Made by a program: the position numbers and the translations under genes
The notes under the pieces: model-generated
Told to the model about the DNA's origin: nothing
Database searches by the model: none
Seen by the model: only the letters and a program-made list of their open reading frames with translations
In this document: positions 28,218-39,305 of the stretch, one piece after another
Numbering within the stretch: position 1 is the first letter of the stretch
How the letters are laid out: each line of letters opens with the position of its first letter
From: Paraspadella gotoi
Lineage: Eukaryota > Animalia > Chaetognatha
Direction of reading: 5' to 3'
NCBI GenBank assembly: GCA_051294375.1
Contig: CM119265.1
Span: 14,670,963-14,734,962 of the forward strand
DNA length: 64,000 nucleotides

Positions 28218-31200
28218 AGGGAGAGGAGGAGACGGGGGAGTCAAAAATTCCAATTCCGCATTTTTCTTCAGCGGAAAAAAAAATCTCTCAAAAAAATTGG
28301 ATGACCGTGAAAAGTTAATCCCCGGAATTAAAGGATACCATCATCCGTGACATCATCCGTCGCCCGCGAGGCGACGTCTAAAGATCGTCTCGGCGGTGGA
28401 TCGAGCGCGAACACTCCAAAGACCCGCGCTTCAAGGAATTCCAAAACGAACAAGACGGACACTTTTAAAAAAGGAATTTCGTTTTTTTTTTATCATTTTC
28501 TGTTTTTAAAATAAGAATTTCTTTTTAAGTTTATTTCGTCGATTTTATAGAGTCGAGTCTTTTTTTATTAACTTTCTATCCCTTTTTTTTCCTTTTATTT
28601 TTTTGAGGATAATAATCTCTTGATATCAAATCCGCCGTGTTGCGCCGTAAATAAATTTCATAACATCTAATTTTTTTTTTATCCTCTGCCTCGAATTTTT
28701 TCCCGCTCTTTACGTATTCTTTTCTTATTTCTCCATTATCCTTTTCCATCTATGCGATCTTTTCTTTTTTTCGCACACTGTTTTCTTTTATTTCAATTTT
28801 TTTTCCTTCCTTCCTTCTTTCCCTCCTTCCTTCCTTCCTTCCTTCCTTCCTTCTTCCTTCTTTCCCTCCTTCCTCCATTCCCTAATTCCTTCCTTCCTTC
28901 CCTTCCTTCCTATCCTTCCTTCCTTCCTTCCCTTCCTTCCCTTCCTTCTTTAACTTCCTTCCTCTCTTCCTTCCTTCCCTTCCTTCCTTCCTTCCATCCC
29001 TTTTCTTCCATGCGCCCTTCTTCCTTCCTGTCCTTCTTCTTTTCCCTCCTTTCTTCCTTCCTTCCTTCCTTCCTTCCGTTCCTTCCTTTCCTTCCTCCTT
29101 CCTTCCTTCTTTTACTTCCTTCCTTCCTTACCTTCCTTCCTTCCTTCCTTCCTTCCTTCCGTTCTTCCTTCCTTCCTTATCCCCTTCTCCAATCCGCCCT
29201 AGACATTTCCTTACCATTCTCAAATTCTTCCCGTCCATTAAACCGCGCATGGACCGAACACGTTTAGGTCAACAAAAAAACTCTAAACTTCTCTTCGTCG
29301 GACCAATCATCGCGTCTCTTTTTCATACATTTTGACCAGTCGCGGACGTCTCGAGGCCCTCCGTTCTCCTGACCAATCGACGAGGCTTTCGAACGACGGC
29401 CGCCGTCGGTATAATAACGACCTTCTTTTATTATTGACCATCATCTCGATTACGGGAATGCACGGGAGGGACGAAACGGCGGGGTGGAAGGGTAAAGGTG
29501 AGTGCAGTAGAGAGTGAAAGGAAAGCGGTTTGCTTTTTGTCGACAATTGGGGTGAGTGGAGGTCAAGAGGAGAATATTGACGGTCAATGCGTCATTGTGA
29601 TATCGTCATTCATGACCAAAGAAGACGATTCGTCATTCTTAAAAATCTACATTGTATTCGTACACACAGCCGGTCCATTCCGCATCCCTTCGTCCATAAC
29701 CCCGAACAAAAATGACAGGTTCAATTACGGATTATTCGACCCGAGGAACCGAGGCCGAACGAATCATCCGGGTTATCGAATTGCGCCCGCCGTTCGCCCA
29801 CGTCCTTAATCCACGGCCCCCCCCCCTTTTTTCCACCAAACCCCGCCCACCTCACCGCGCCCGTCCCTACCGCGCCCAACAGCCCGTCTCGGTCCAACGT
29901 CTTCTCCGCCTTCCGATCGCCGCGACATCATCCTTTCGCTCCGATGAACGATTTTTCTTTTTTCTTTTTATTCCGTTTTCCCGGTTTTATAAATTCACCA
30001 CGAGTGAAAAGCGTCTCGGAAAGGGAGAGGGAAAGGAGGGGGTCTTAGAGGGTGGGGGGAGGTATTTTGGGGTGGATGGATCCCTAAAGGGGTGGAAACG
30101 ATTTCCGGGGAACAGTCGTCGTTGGTAGAAATTCGTTGTTGGAGCGGAGGAATCGTCGCTCTCTAGTTTGGTTCTACCACGCGATCGGACAGCTGACCAC
30201 AGTGCAATGTCTTTTGAGAATCTGAGCAAACGTGTTTTCGGACCACGCATAATAAAGAATACTAATCAAATGAACAAGAAAATGATAATATATTACGGAC
30301 TTATCCTAATAACATTGCATCCTATCTAAATTTTAAAAAAATATTAAAGAGAGAGACATGCCTTCCCCTACGCTATTCCGTCCTTCCCCTTTTCTCATTC
30401 TCCCTATCTCGCGCTCTTTCTCATCTTTCCGATTTGCAATTTTCTCCTCCTTCAATAATAAAAAAAGATCGAGGGGGGGGGGCGAATATTTCTTTAATAA
30501 TTCGACTCAGCTCGGAGCAAGTAGAAACGCTTATCCGAGATATAATATAAAAGCGCCCTTTTGCCGAGGCCTATGAAAAATGGATTTCTATACAAAGCAT
30601 TTGACAGATTATCCTTTATCCCTAAAAGCTTCTCTTCCAGTTTTCTCTCCTTCCCTTCTCTTCTTCTTCTCTGTTCTCCGCGATCTCTCTCTCTACGCGC
30701 TCTCTCTCTCCATCTCTCTCATCTCCGTCTCTCTCTCTCTCTCTCCTCATCAATGTTATTACTAGAACGAAATATGTAAAAATATGCAAAATAAGATTCC
30801 CTGAGGCGCGCGAGAGCGGCGGCGGCGGCGGCGATTTGCCGGTTTGGAGCGTTTATAGCGCGACCGGTTTGCGGCTGCGGGGATAGGCAGGCGCACGTGG
30901 TGGGCCATTGTGGCATNNNNNNNNNNNNNNNNNNNNNNNNNGGGGAAGAGGAGAGGGGGAGTCAAAATTCCAATTCGCATTTTTTTCAGCGGAAAAAAAA
31001 AAATCTCTCAAAAAATTGGATGACCGTGAAAAGTTAATCCCCGGATTAAAGGGGATCCATCATCGGTGAATCTCCGTCGCCGCGAGGGACGTCAACGATC
31101 GTCTCGCGGTGGATCGAGCGCGAACAATCCAAGACCCGCGTTCAGGAATCCAAACGAACAAACGGACTTTTAAAAAAGGAATTCGTTTTTTTTTTCATTT

Positions 31201-33360
31201 TCTGTTTTTAATAAGATTTCTTTTTAAGGTTATTTCGTCGTTTTATAGAGTCGAGTCTTTTTTTTTAACTTTTATCCCTTTTTTTTCCTTTTATTTTTTT
31301 GAGGATAATAATTCTTGATATAATCCCGTGTTGGCCGTAATAAATTTCATAACATAATTTTTTTTTTATCTCTGCCTCGAATTTTTCCGCTCTTCGTATT
31401 CTTTTCTTTATTTCTCCATTTCTTTTCCATCCTATGCGATCTTTTCTTTTTTTTCGCACCTGTTTTCTTTTATTCAATTTTTTTTCCTTCCTTCCTTCTT
31501 TCNNNNNNNNNNNNNNNNNNNNNNNNNNNNNNNNNNNNNNNNNNNNNNNNNNNNNNNNNNNNNNNNNNNNNNNNNNNNNNNNNNNNNNNNNNNNNNNNNN
31601 NNNNNNNNNNNNNNNNNNNNNNNNNNNNNNNNNNNNNNNNNNNNNNGGAAGGAAGGAAGGAAGGAAGGAAGGAAGTAAAGAAGAAGGAAGGAAGGAAGGA
31701 AGGAAGGAAGGAAGGAGGGAAAGAAGAAGGAAGGAAGGAAGGAAGGGCGATTGGAAGAAGGGTTCCTTCCTTCCTTCCTTCCTTCCTTCCTTCCCTTCTT
31801 CCAATCGCCCTCGAATTTCCTACCATTCTCATTCTTCTCGTCCCATTAACCCCGCATGGACGAACACGTTTGGTCAAAAAAAAAACTCTATTCTCTTCGT
31901 CGGACCAATCATCGCGTCTCTTTTTCATCTTTTGACCAATCGCGGACCGTCTCGAGGCCCTCGTTCTCTCGACCAATGAGAGGCTTCGAACGACGGCCGC
32001 CGTCGTATAATAACGACTTCTTTTATTATTGACCATTCTCGATTACGGGAATGGACGGGAGGGCGGAAACGGCGGGGTGGAGGGTAAAAGGTGAGTGAGA
32101 GAGTGAAGGAAGCGGTTGCTTTTTGGTCGACAATTGGGGTGAGTGGAGGTCAAGCGAGAATATTGACGGTAATGGTCATTGTGATATCGTCTATGACAAA
32201 GAAGACGATTCGTATTTTAAAAATCTACAGTTGTATTCCGTACACACAGCGGTCATTCGCGCATCCCTCCGTCCATCCGAAAAAAAATGAAAGGTTCATT
32301 ACGGATTTTCGACCCGAGGAACCGAGGCGACGAATCATCGGGTTACGATCGCCGCCGTTCGCCCACTCCTTAATCCACGCCCCCCTCCACAAACCCGCCC
32401 ACCTCAGCCGCGCCCTCCTACCGCGCCCACGCCCGTCTCGGTCAACGTCTTCTCCGCCTTCGATCGCCGCGACATCTCCTTTCGCTCCGATGAACGATTT
32501 TTTTTTCTTTTTTATTCGTTTCCGGTTTTTAAATTCCACGAGTGAAAAGCGTCTCGGAAGGGAGAGGGAAAGAGGGGGTCTGAGGGTGGGGAGAGGTGTT
32601 TTGGGGGTGGATGGATCCCTAAGGGGTGGAAAGATTCGGGGAACAGTCGTCGTTGGTAGATTGTTGTTGGACGGAGGATCGTCGCTCTCAGTTTTGGTTC
32701 TACAGCGATCGGACAGCTGACCACAGTGAATGTTTTTTGAGAATCTGAGCAACGTGTTTCGGACGTATAAAGATACAATCAAATGAACAAGAAAATGATA
32801 ATATTCGGACTTATCCTAATAACATTGCATCCTATCTAAATTTAAAAAAAAATATTAAAGAGAGAGACATGCCTTCCCCTACGCTATTCCGTCTTTCCCC
32901 TTTTCTCTTCTCCCTTCTCCCTCTTTCTCTCTTTTTCCGATTTGAATTTTCTCTCCTTAATATAAAAAAGTCGAGGGGGGTGGGGCGAATATTTCTTAAT
33001 AATTCGACTCAAAGCTCGGAGCAGTAGAACGCTTATCGAGATATAATATAAAAGCGGCCTTTTGCCGNNNNNNNNNNNNNNNNNNNNNNNNNNNNNNNNN
33101 NNNNNNNNNNNNNNNNNNNNNNNNNNNNNNNNNNNNNNNNNNNNNNNNNNNNNNNNNNNNNNNNNNNNNNNNNNNNNNNNNNNNNNNNNNNNNNNNNNNN
33201 NNNNNNNNNNNNNNNNNNNNNNNNNNNNNNNNNNNNNNNNNNNNNNNNNNNNNNNNNNNNNNNNNNNNNNNNNNNNNNNNNNNGGCGATTTGCCGGTTTG
33301 GAAGCGGTTTATAGGCGCGCCGGCTGCGGCTGCGGGGTAGGAGGCGTGGTGGCATTGGTG
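28218..33360. repeat. Direct tandem duplication of about 2.5-2.7 kb (28218-30916 and 30942-33360) across a 25-N gap; probable unmerged overlap
   Basis: Both copies start with gagtcaaaa(a)ttccaatt(c)cgcattttt and run colinearly to gcgatttgccggtttgga. The first copy has many single-base insertions relative to the second. Confidence 0.93.
28803..29180. repeat. (CCTT)n degenerate microsatellite
   Basis: Directly visible. Confidence 0.95.
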
Positions 33361-35787
33361 GCGGCGGCGAGGCGGCCTCGGTAGCGGCGGCGGNNNNNNN
33401 NNNNNNNNNNNNNNNNNNNNNNNNNNNNNNNNNNNNNNNNNNNNNNNNNNNNNNNNNNNNNNNNNNNNNNNNNNNNNNNNNNNNNNNNNNNNNNNNNNNN
33501 NNNNNNNNNNNNNNNNNNNNNNNNNNNNNNNNNNNNNNNNNNNNNNNNNNNNNNNNNNNNAGTTAAAGCTTTTACGGAACTTATTTAAAACCCGGTTGCT
33601 ATCGATTTAAATTCCAATATTATCTATAAATGTCGAGTCAGTAGAATTTATTAACAACGAAACCGGCGTAACGGCGCGACCGTGGAGAACGTCTGACAAA
33701 GCCACGCCCCCTTAAGACTTCACGCTCCTCCAGTCACGACGCCATCCTTCGGCTCAGGTCGTAAAAGGGCGGAGGTGACTTAATCCGCGCGACCGTAAAA
33801 ATCTCCACTCCAGAAATTCTCTTTCTCCTCGACCGACTTCCGATCTTGAGAGCGCCCTTCGCTGCGCAAGGATTTTCAGACGGTCAGCGTCTCTTATTCG
33901 CTTTTTGTGATAAAAATAGAATTTTGGAATCGGTCGCGACGATGACGACGATGACGACGACGATGACGACGATAACAAGGGTGATGATTTGATATGAGTT
34001 TTAATTTTTGGGATAAAATAACAAATAGTTTTAAACAAATTCCAAAAAAAAAGAAGAGAAGAAAGGGATAAGAGATCCGAAGAAAAATGTTGCGTGTAAA
34101 ATAAAAGAAAAAAAAAATAAATTGAAATCCGAAAAAGGGAAAGAAACATGAGAAACAAGGAAAAATAAAAGAAAAAAAAAGAAATANNNNNNNNNNATAA
34201 AAGATGAGAGCGAGAGGAAAAAAAAATAAAGAAAAACGAAAGGAAATGAAGGAGATGGNNNNNNNNNNNNNNNNNNNNNNNNNNNNNNNNNNNNNNNNNN
34301 NNNNNNNNNNNNNNNNNNNNNNNNNNNNNNNNNNNNNNNNNNNNNNNNNNNNNNNNNNNNNNNNNNNNNNNNNNNNNNNNNNNNNNNNNNNNNNNNNNNN
34401 NNNNNNNNNNNNNNNNNNNNNNNNNNNNNNNNNNNNNNNNNNNNNNNNNNNNNNNNNNNNNNNNNNNNNNNNNNNNNNNNNNNNNNNNNNNNNNNNNNNN
34501 NNNNNNNNNNNNNNNNNNNNNNNNNNNNNNNNNNNNNNNNNNNNNNNNNNNNNNNNNNNNNNNNNNNNNNNNNNNNNNNNNNNNNNNNNNNNNNNNNNNN
34601 NNNNNTCTCTCTCGGTGTCTCAGTCTCGCTATTTTTTCTCCGTCCCCAGGCTTGACGTTAGACGAAGTTATAATGAGGAAAAAAACCTTGAAGTGACTCG
34701 TACAGGGAAGCTTGCCAATGAGCGGCNNNNNNNNNNNNNNNNNNNNNNNNNNNNNNNNNNNNNNNNNNNNNNNNNNNNNNNNNNNNNNNNNNNNNNNNNN
34801 NNNNNNNNNNNNNNNNNNNNNNNNNNNNNNNNNNNNNNNNNNNNNNNNNNNNNNNNNNNNNNNNNNNNNNNNNNNNNNNNNNNNNNNNNNNNNNNNNNNN
34901 NNNNNNNNNNNNNNNNNNNNNNNNNNNNNNNNNNNNNNNNNNNNNNNNNNNNNNNNNNNNNNNNNNNNNNNNNNNNNNNNNNNNNNNNNNNNNGAAGTTA
35001 AACGTGGCTCAATTAGAATTAGTGATTTAGTTTCGTTCACAAAAATACGACGAACGCGACGAATTTTGTGAAGAATTTATAATTTTCCAAGATGTTTTCA
35101 TTCCATGTTCTTTCGAGTCCCAACGATTTCGAAAAAAAATCAATCTCCATTCACCATTTTCATCTCACAGCCGCCACACTATCCCCTTCTTATCTCTCCT
35201 TTTTCAAATTCCCGTTCTTAACATCCCTCACCGCTCCTCGATGCTACAACCCGATGCTGTAACTCAATGCTGCACCCTCGCCCCTCCACGCAGCTTCTCT
35301 CCCCCACCCCCCCGCCATCTTTCGCTGCATCATCGGCCTCCGTTGCATAAACATCGCTGAGCGGAACGCTTCGCGTCGTAACGCTCGTCAATAAACTAAT
35401 TCTGGATGATAATGACGCAGAAGGACTTACGTGAGTAGCTTTTAGTTAGATAATGATCATCAACTGCCCCGCCCGATGCTGCTGCTGCTGCCGTCGCTGC
35501 CGCCGCCGCTTCTTCTTCTCTGCTGCGGCGGCGGAGAAAGCGGAATATATTTTCTCCGTTTTCTTCTCTCTCCGTTGATGTAGGCAGCGAAGTCGCTTTT
35601 TAACAACACGGAGGGGNNNNNNNNNNNNNNNNNNNNNNNNNNNNNNNNNNNNNNNNNNNNNNNNNNNNNNNNNNNNNNNNNNNNNNNNNNNNNNNNNNNN
35701 NNNNNNNNNNNNNNNNNNNNNNNNNNNNNNNNNNNNNNNNNNNNNNNNNNNNNNNNNNNNNNNNNNNNNNNNNNNNNNNNNNNNNNN

Positions 35788-36025
35788 GAGAGAGAGAAGT
35801 TTAAGAAGGAATCGATAAAACAGTTGGCGAGAAGGAAAAGAAACAAGGCAGGGGAGTCGGCTCTTAGTACGAGGTAAGATCTGGTTTGGTTGAGGAGAGA
35901 AAATAGTTTTCGATTCAAATTCTTTTTTCGAATCTTGATTCCTGAATCTCAATGTGCAGAGATTCGCTTAATTCGTTGATGTCATGCACCGTTCCCCCAT
36001 NNNNNNNNNNNNNNNNNNNNNNNNN

Positions 36026-36073
<48 letters not shown>

Positions 36074-36520
36074 CTCTTTCTCCCCTCTCTCTCGTTCCGC
36101 CCCCTCAAGGCGGGGAAGGCATCCCCAAAGCCTAGTAGGCGAAAGCCGCATTCTCGTTAAGCCTTAAACCACGTGCATTTCTCAGAGCAGAGAGAGAGAT
36201 AGAGAAGAGAGAGATGATTGAAGAGAGAAGAGAGAGAGAGAGAACAGAGAGGAGCAGAAAAGACGACGCAGAACGGAGAAACTCAGAACGAGACGCGCTC
36301 TCTCACCGGGACGGTGCATGAATCAACGATTCTAACGCAACTCTGCACATGAACCTCCGCTCTCACGCACGCAAACGCTCTTCGACTCGAAACCTGTCCA
36401 CACCAACACAAATCCCAACTCAAAACGCCTCTAAGACGCGCATCGCCGCATGCTTGTTTCTTTCCTTCTCGCCAACTGTTTTCTACGATCCTTCTTAAAC
36501 TTCTCTCTGCTCTCTCTCGC
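35788..36520. repeat. Noisy short inverted repeat (about 35788-36000 versus 36295-36520) around a 25-N gap
   Basis: gagaagtttaagaagga..aaacagttggcgagaagga and atgtgcagag..tcgttgat..catgcaccgt recur as reverse complements at about 36455-36510 and 36308-36352. Confidence 0.8.
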
Positions 36521-36643
36521 ATCTCGTCAATCTCCTCTCTTCACTTCTACATCTCTCTCTCTCTCCTCTCCATCTCTCTCTCTCTTTCTCTGTCTCACTC
36601 TCCTCTCTCTCTCCCTTCACGCCCTTTCCAATCTCTCTCTTTT

Positions 36644-36678
<35 letters not shown>

Positions 36679-36846
36679 CGCACCGCTGATTAGAGGGTAT
36701 TAGCCGCGATGTAATGAGAGGGTAAGGCAGAAATAGTGATAAATAATGGAGCTAACTCTTCGAAAGCGAAAATATCAATTTAAATTAAATTTCTCAAGGT
36801 TCAAAATTTTTTCCGATACAACGAGAGCCTAGAAAATAACTTTATC

Positions 36847-38966
36847 ATGAGTAAGTTAAGCAAGTCCTTTTTTTTTGTTAGCTCAGGTTTTATTCGTCTT
36901 TCCCCAAATGCTCGTTCGGGGCCTCATCGGAAAGCCTCGATCTATGCTCGTTCCGCCGGCTCCGGCGACCCGACGGAACCCTTCGAAACCGGCGCTCCTT
37001 CCGGGCGCGCTCCACCGCTCTCGCCGCAACTTCCCTACGGCGTCCCGATTTGCTACCGATTGCTGCGTCGCGGCAACTTCGTCGTTTTCTACGATCAGAC
37101 GCGCAGGATCCCGTTGTGGGTCGCGGAGACGTTGACCAGTGAAGGACTTAAAGGTTGAAAGGGGGAAGTGACGACGATGAATGGAAATCATGGAAATCTT
37201 CGTCGAAAGTTTTTTCTTTTAAATTAAATGGAAATTTACGAGTTGGCTTTTGTCAGACCCTAACGCGACGTTTTGGTCATTTGGAGTTTGGTAATTAGAA
37301 GATTGTGGCGAATCCTAAATTCGCCTCCCGTATAGCTTGGTGAAACTCAGTACTCGTTCGCCAACCGTGAGTTCGGGGTTCAATCCCCTCATGGTTACGC
37401 TGGTTAAAGTGTGATGGTGTCGGCATAAACACGCCCGTGACATGGGGTGGTCACTGCAGGTCCAAAGCCCTGAGCGCCAGCTGTCGGGAGATGCCTCACA
37501 CCCCGGGCATCACACATGTCCCCCCGTTGCCATAGGATAATCAAATAATGATAATCGCCGGCCCGCCATGGCACTGGCAAAGCTTAATCTAAGCTGGCTA
37601 ATTCGCTATGTCCCAACAGTCCTTCCCGGGTTCGCTCCTAGTTTCCCGCTACAACTGCACACTAGACGTCACAAAATCCATTTGTCTACTCCTCTAAGGC
37701 TCCGCCCGGCGTCGTGACGCCGACTTCGCCGCCGACCTTTTCATCCCGGCGCCGTTTCGAGGGACGCCGGAAGACTTTCACGACGCCGGTTTCGATCGAG
37801 GACATATGTCGCCGGCCGCTGACAACAAAACATCGGTGGAGGCGATGAGAGATTCTTTCCTCTTGTCAAACGTCGTTCCGATGGACAAGCGAATCAATTC
37901 GGGTCTCGGAAGAATTATAATTGTGAAGTGACTCAAACGACGATGACGACGACGGAGACGTCAAAGACAAGACGACAATATTATACATATTCGTCCAATG
38001 AGAGAATAGAGTCGCGGATCCGATTCTATTTTTAGTTCCGATTCCATCTTTAATGATTAATAATATAGTATACTTATAATATATAGTTGTGGCATTTAAA
38101 GCTGCCTCATAGTGGTCTTTTAATAAATTTGAAATATCCTCTCATTCTGGGACCCGCTATGTCATTATTTAGTAAGAGTGAATGAGGCCTTAAACCACCA
38201 AATCCTGTCCAAAATCAGGGGCAAGATAGCTTATTTATTAAATTAATGGATAATTTTTATATTGGTTGTACCAATTTCATATAACCATTTCATATAACAA
38301 CTCCCAAAAAAAAACTGCTCAGGTTTGTGGAATCAACTGGAGCAGCACTGTCGTCGCCTGACCGAGAGATGGGACGTTGTGCACGTGATCACCGGTCACG
38401 TGATGAGGCCGATCGAAACAAAAGACACGGATGGAAAGATGGTCAAAAAAGTCGTTTATCGGGTATAATTATAAAGGTGATAGGTTATTCATCGCTAACA
38501 CTAACACTAACACCCGATAAACGAATTTTTCATATAATAAGTTTCAAATAAGATATAGAAATAAATCTATCCATCTTTTATCAATTATTATTTTTAAATT
38601 ATTGATTTACGAATGGACAATTGGACATAGGTGATTGGCGACTCACAAATCGCCGTTCCCACTCATCTCTACAAAGTGATCGTTTGCGTCGACCACGGCA
38701 ATTCAAGCCAACCCGAGCCTTCGCCTACGTCTCCCAAATTCTCAGCATCTTTAGCAGCTACAGCATCTTTAGCATCTACAGCATCTTTGACGACTAAAGT
38801 GAGCGCCTTCCTTGTGCCCAACTCCTCCAAGGAGGTGGAAGGAGCGAGTCTTCAAGACTTTCGAGTTTCCACGGAGGAAATTCGAAAAATCTCCGGAGTC
38901 GAATTCTTTCCTCGGCTGCGAGAGAGGGGGCGGGACGATTTGGAGAGATGGAGAGAGAACGAGTGA
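36847..38966 (+). CDS. ENDOG/EXOG: DNA/RNA non-specific endonuclease of the EndoG/EXOG family, probably mitochondrial, about 316 aa
   Basis: Manual exons: 36847-36850, 36887-37153, 37699-37902, 38323-38462, 38631-38966 (951 nt, phases consistent). Translation contains YDQTRRIPLWVAE, FDRGHMSPAADNK (catalytic RGH), FLLSNVVPM..INSGLWNQLEQHCRRLTER (metal-ligand Asn, Glu), YRVIGDSQIAVPTHLYKVIV, AFLVPN and ISGVEFFP. The N-terminus MSFIRLSPNARSGPHRKASIYARS is Arg-rich and lacks acidic residues, like a presequence. The start and the 4-nt first exon are less certain than the core. Confidence 0.92.
37323..37660 (+). mobile_element. Putative tRNA-headed SINE in an intron of the nuclease gene
   Basis: GC-rich, high-complexity block in an otherwise AT-rich intron. 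A-box-like TAGCTTGGTGA (37333-37343) and a T-arm/B box GGGGTTCAATCCCC (37375-37388) lie at tRNA-like spacing, followed by a strongly base-paired body. Boundaries are approximate, no target-site duplication was identified, and only one copy is in the window. Confidence 0.55.
37416..37502 (+). ncRNA. Twister ribozyme-like motif with P3 stem, 3' side degenerate
   Basis: TAA-ACAC-GCC-C-[GTGAC..GTCAC]-TG-[CAGG]-TCCAAAGC-[CCTG] follows the twister order UAA/P2/GC(T2)/P3/P4/L4(U-NNN-AAGC)/P4. The 3' strands of P2 and T1 pair only partly. Confidence 0.45.
38148..38282 (+). repeat. Dispersed repeat fragment in a nuclease intron
   Basis: Closely matches 14021-14153 (gtaagagtga..gaggccttaaaccaccaaa.cctgtccaaa.tcaggg.caagatagcttatttattaaat..attggttgtaccaatttcata). 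The terminal ~20 nt also recur at about 39698-39718. Confidence 0.85.
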
Positions 38967-39229
38967 ATTCTTGCTCAATTGTGGCACTGATATCATTATG
39001 AAACGCATGAAATAAGGCACATGGTCATTTGACTCCTTTGGTATAATATATGGCGCATGGTCATTTGACTCCTTTTTCAACCTCAAAAAAAAAAAAAAAA
39101 AACCAACGAACTAAAAACGCAACGTTTTTCTTTTCATAAACCCAAAGTTGGGACGACGTAATAACAACAATCAAGGCAATTAAAGCTTCTCTGCTCCTCC
39201 GCAGCGCTCTCCTCATCTCCAGTCTCCTC

Positions 39230-39305
<76 letters not shown>

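Noticed and set aside
37526-37612. HDV-like ribozyme (GTTGCCA/TGGCACT as P1, then GG-CAA, a hairpin and GGCTAA)
   Set aside because: No convincing P2 partner and no P3/L3 (YCC.CG) element could be placed, so the double pseudoknot cannot be built.
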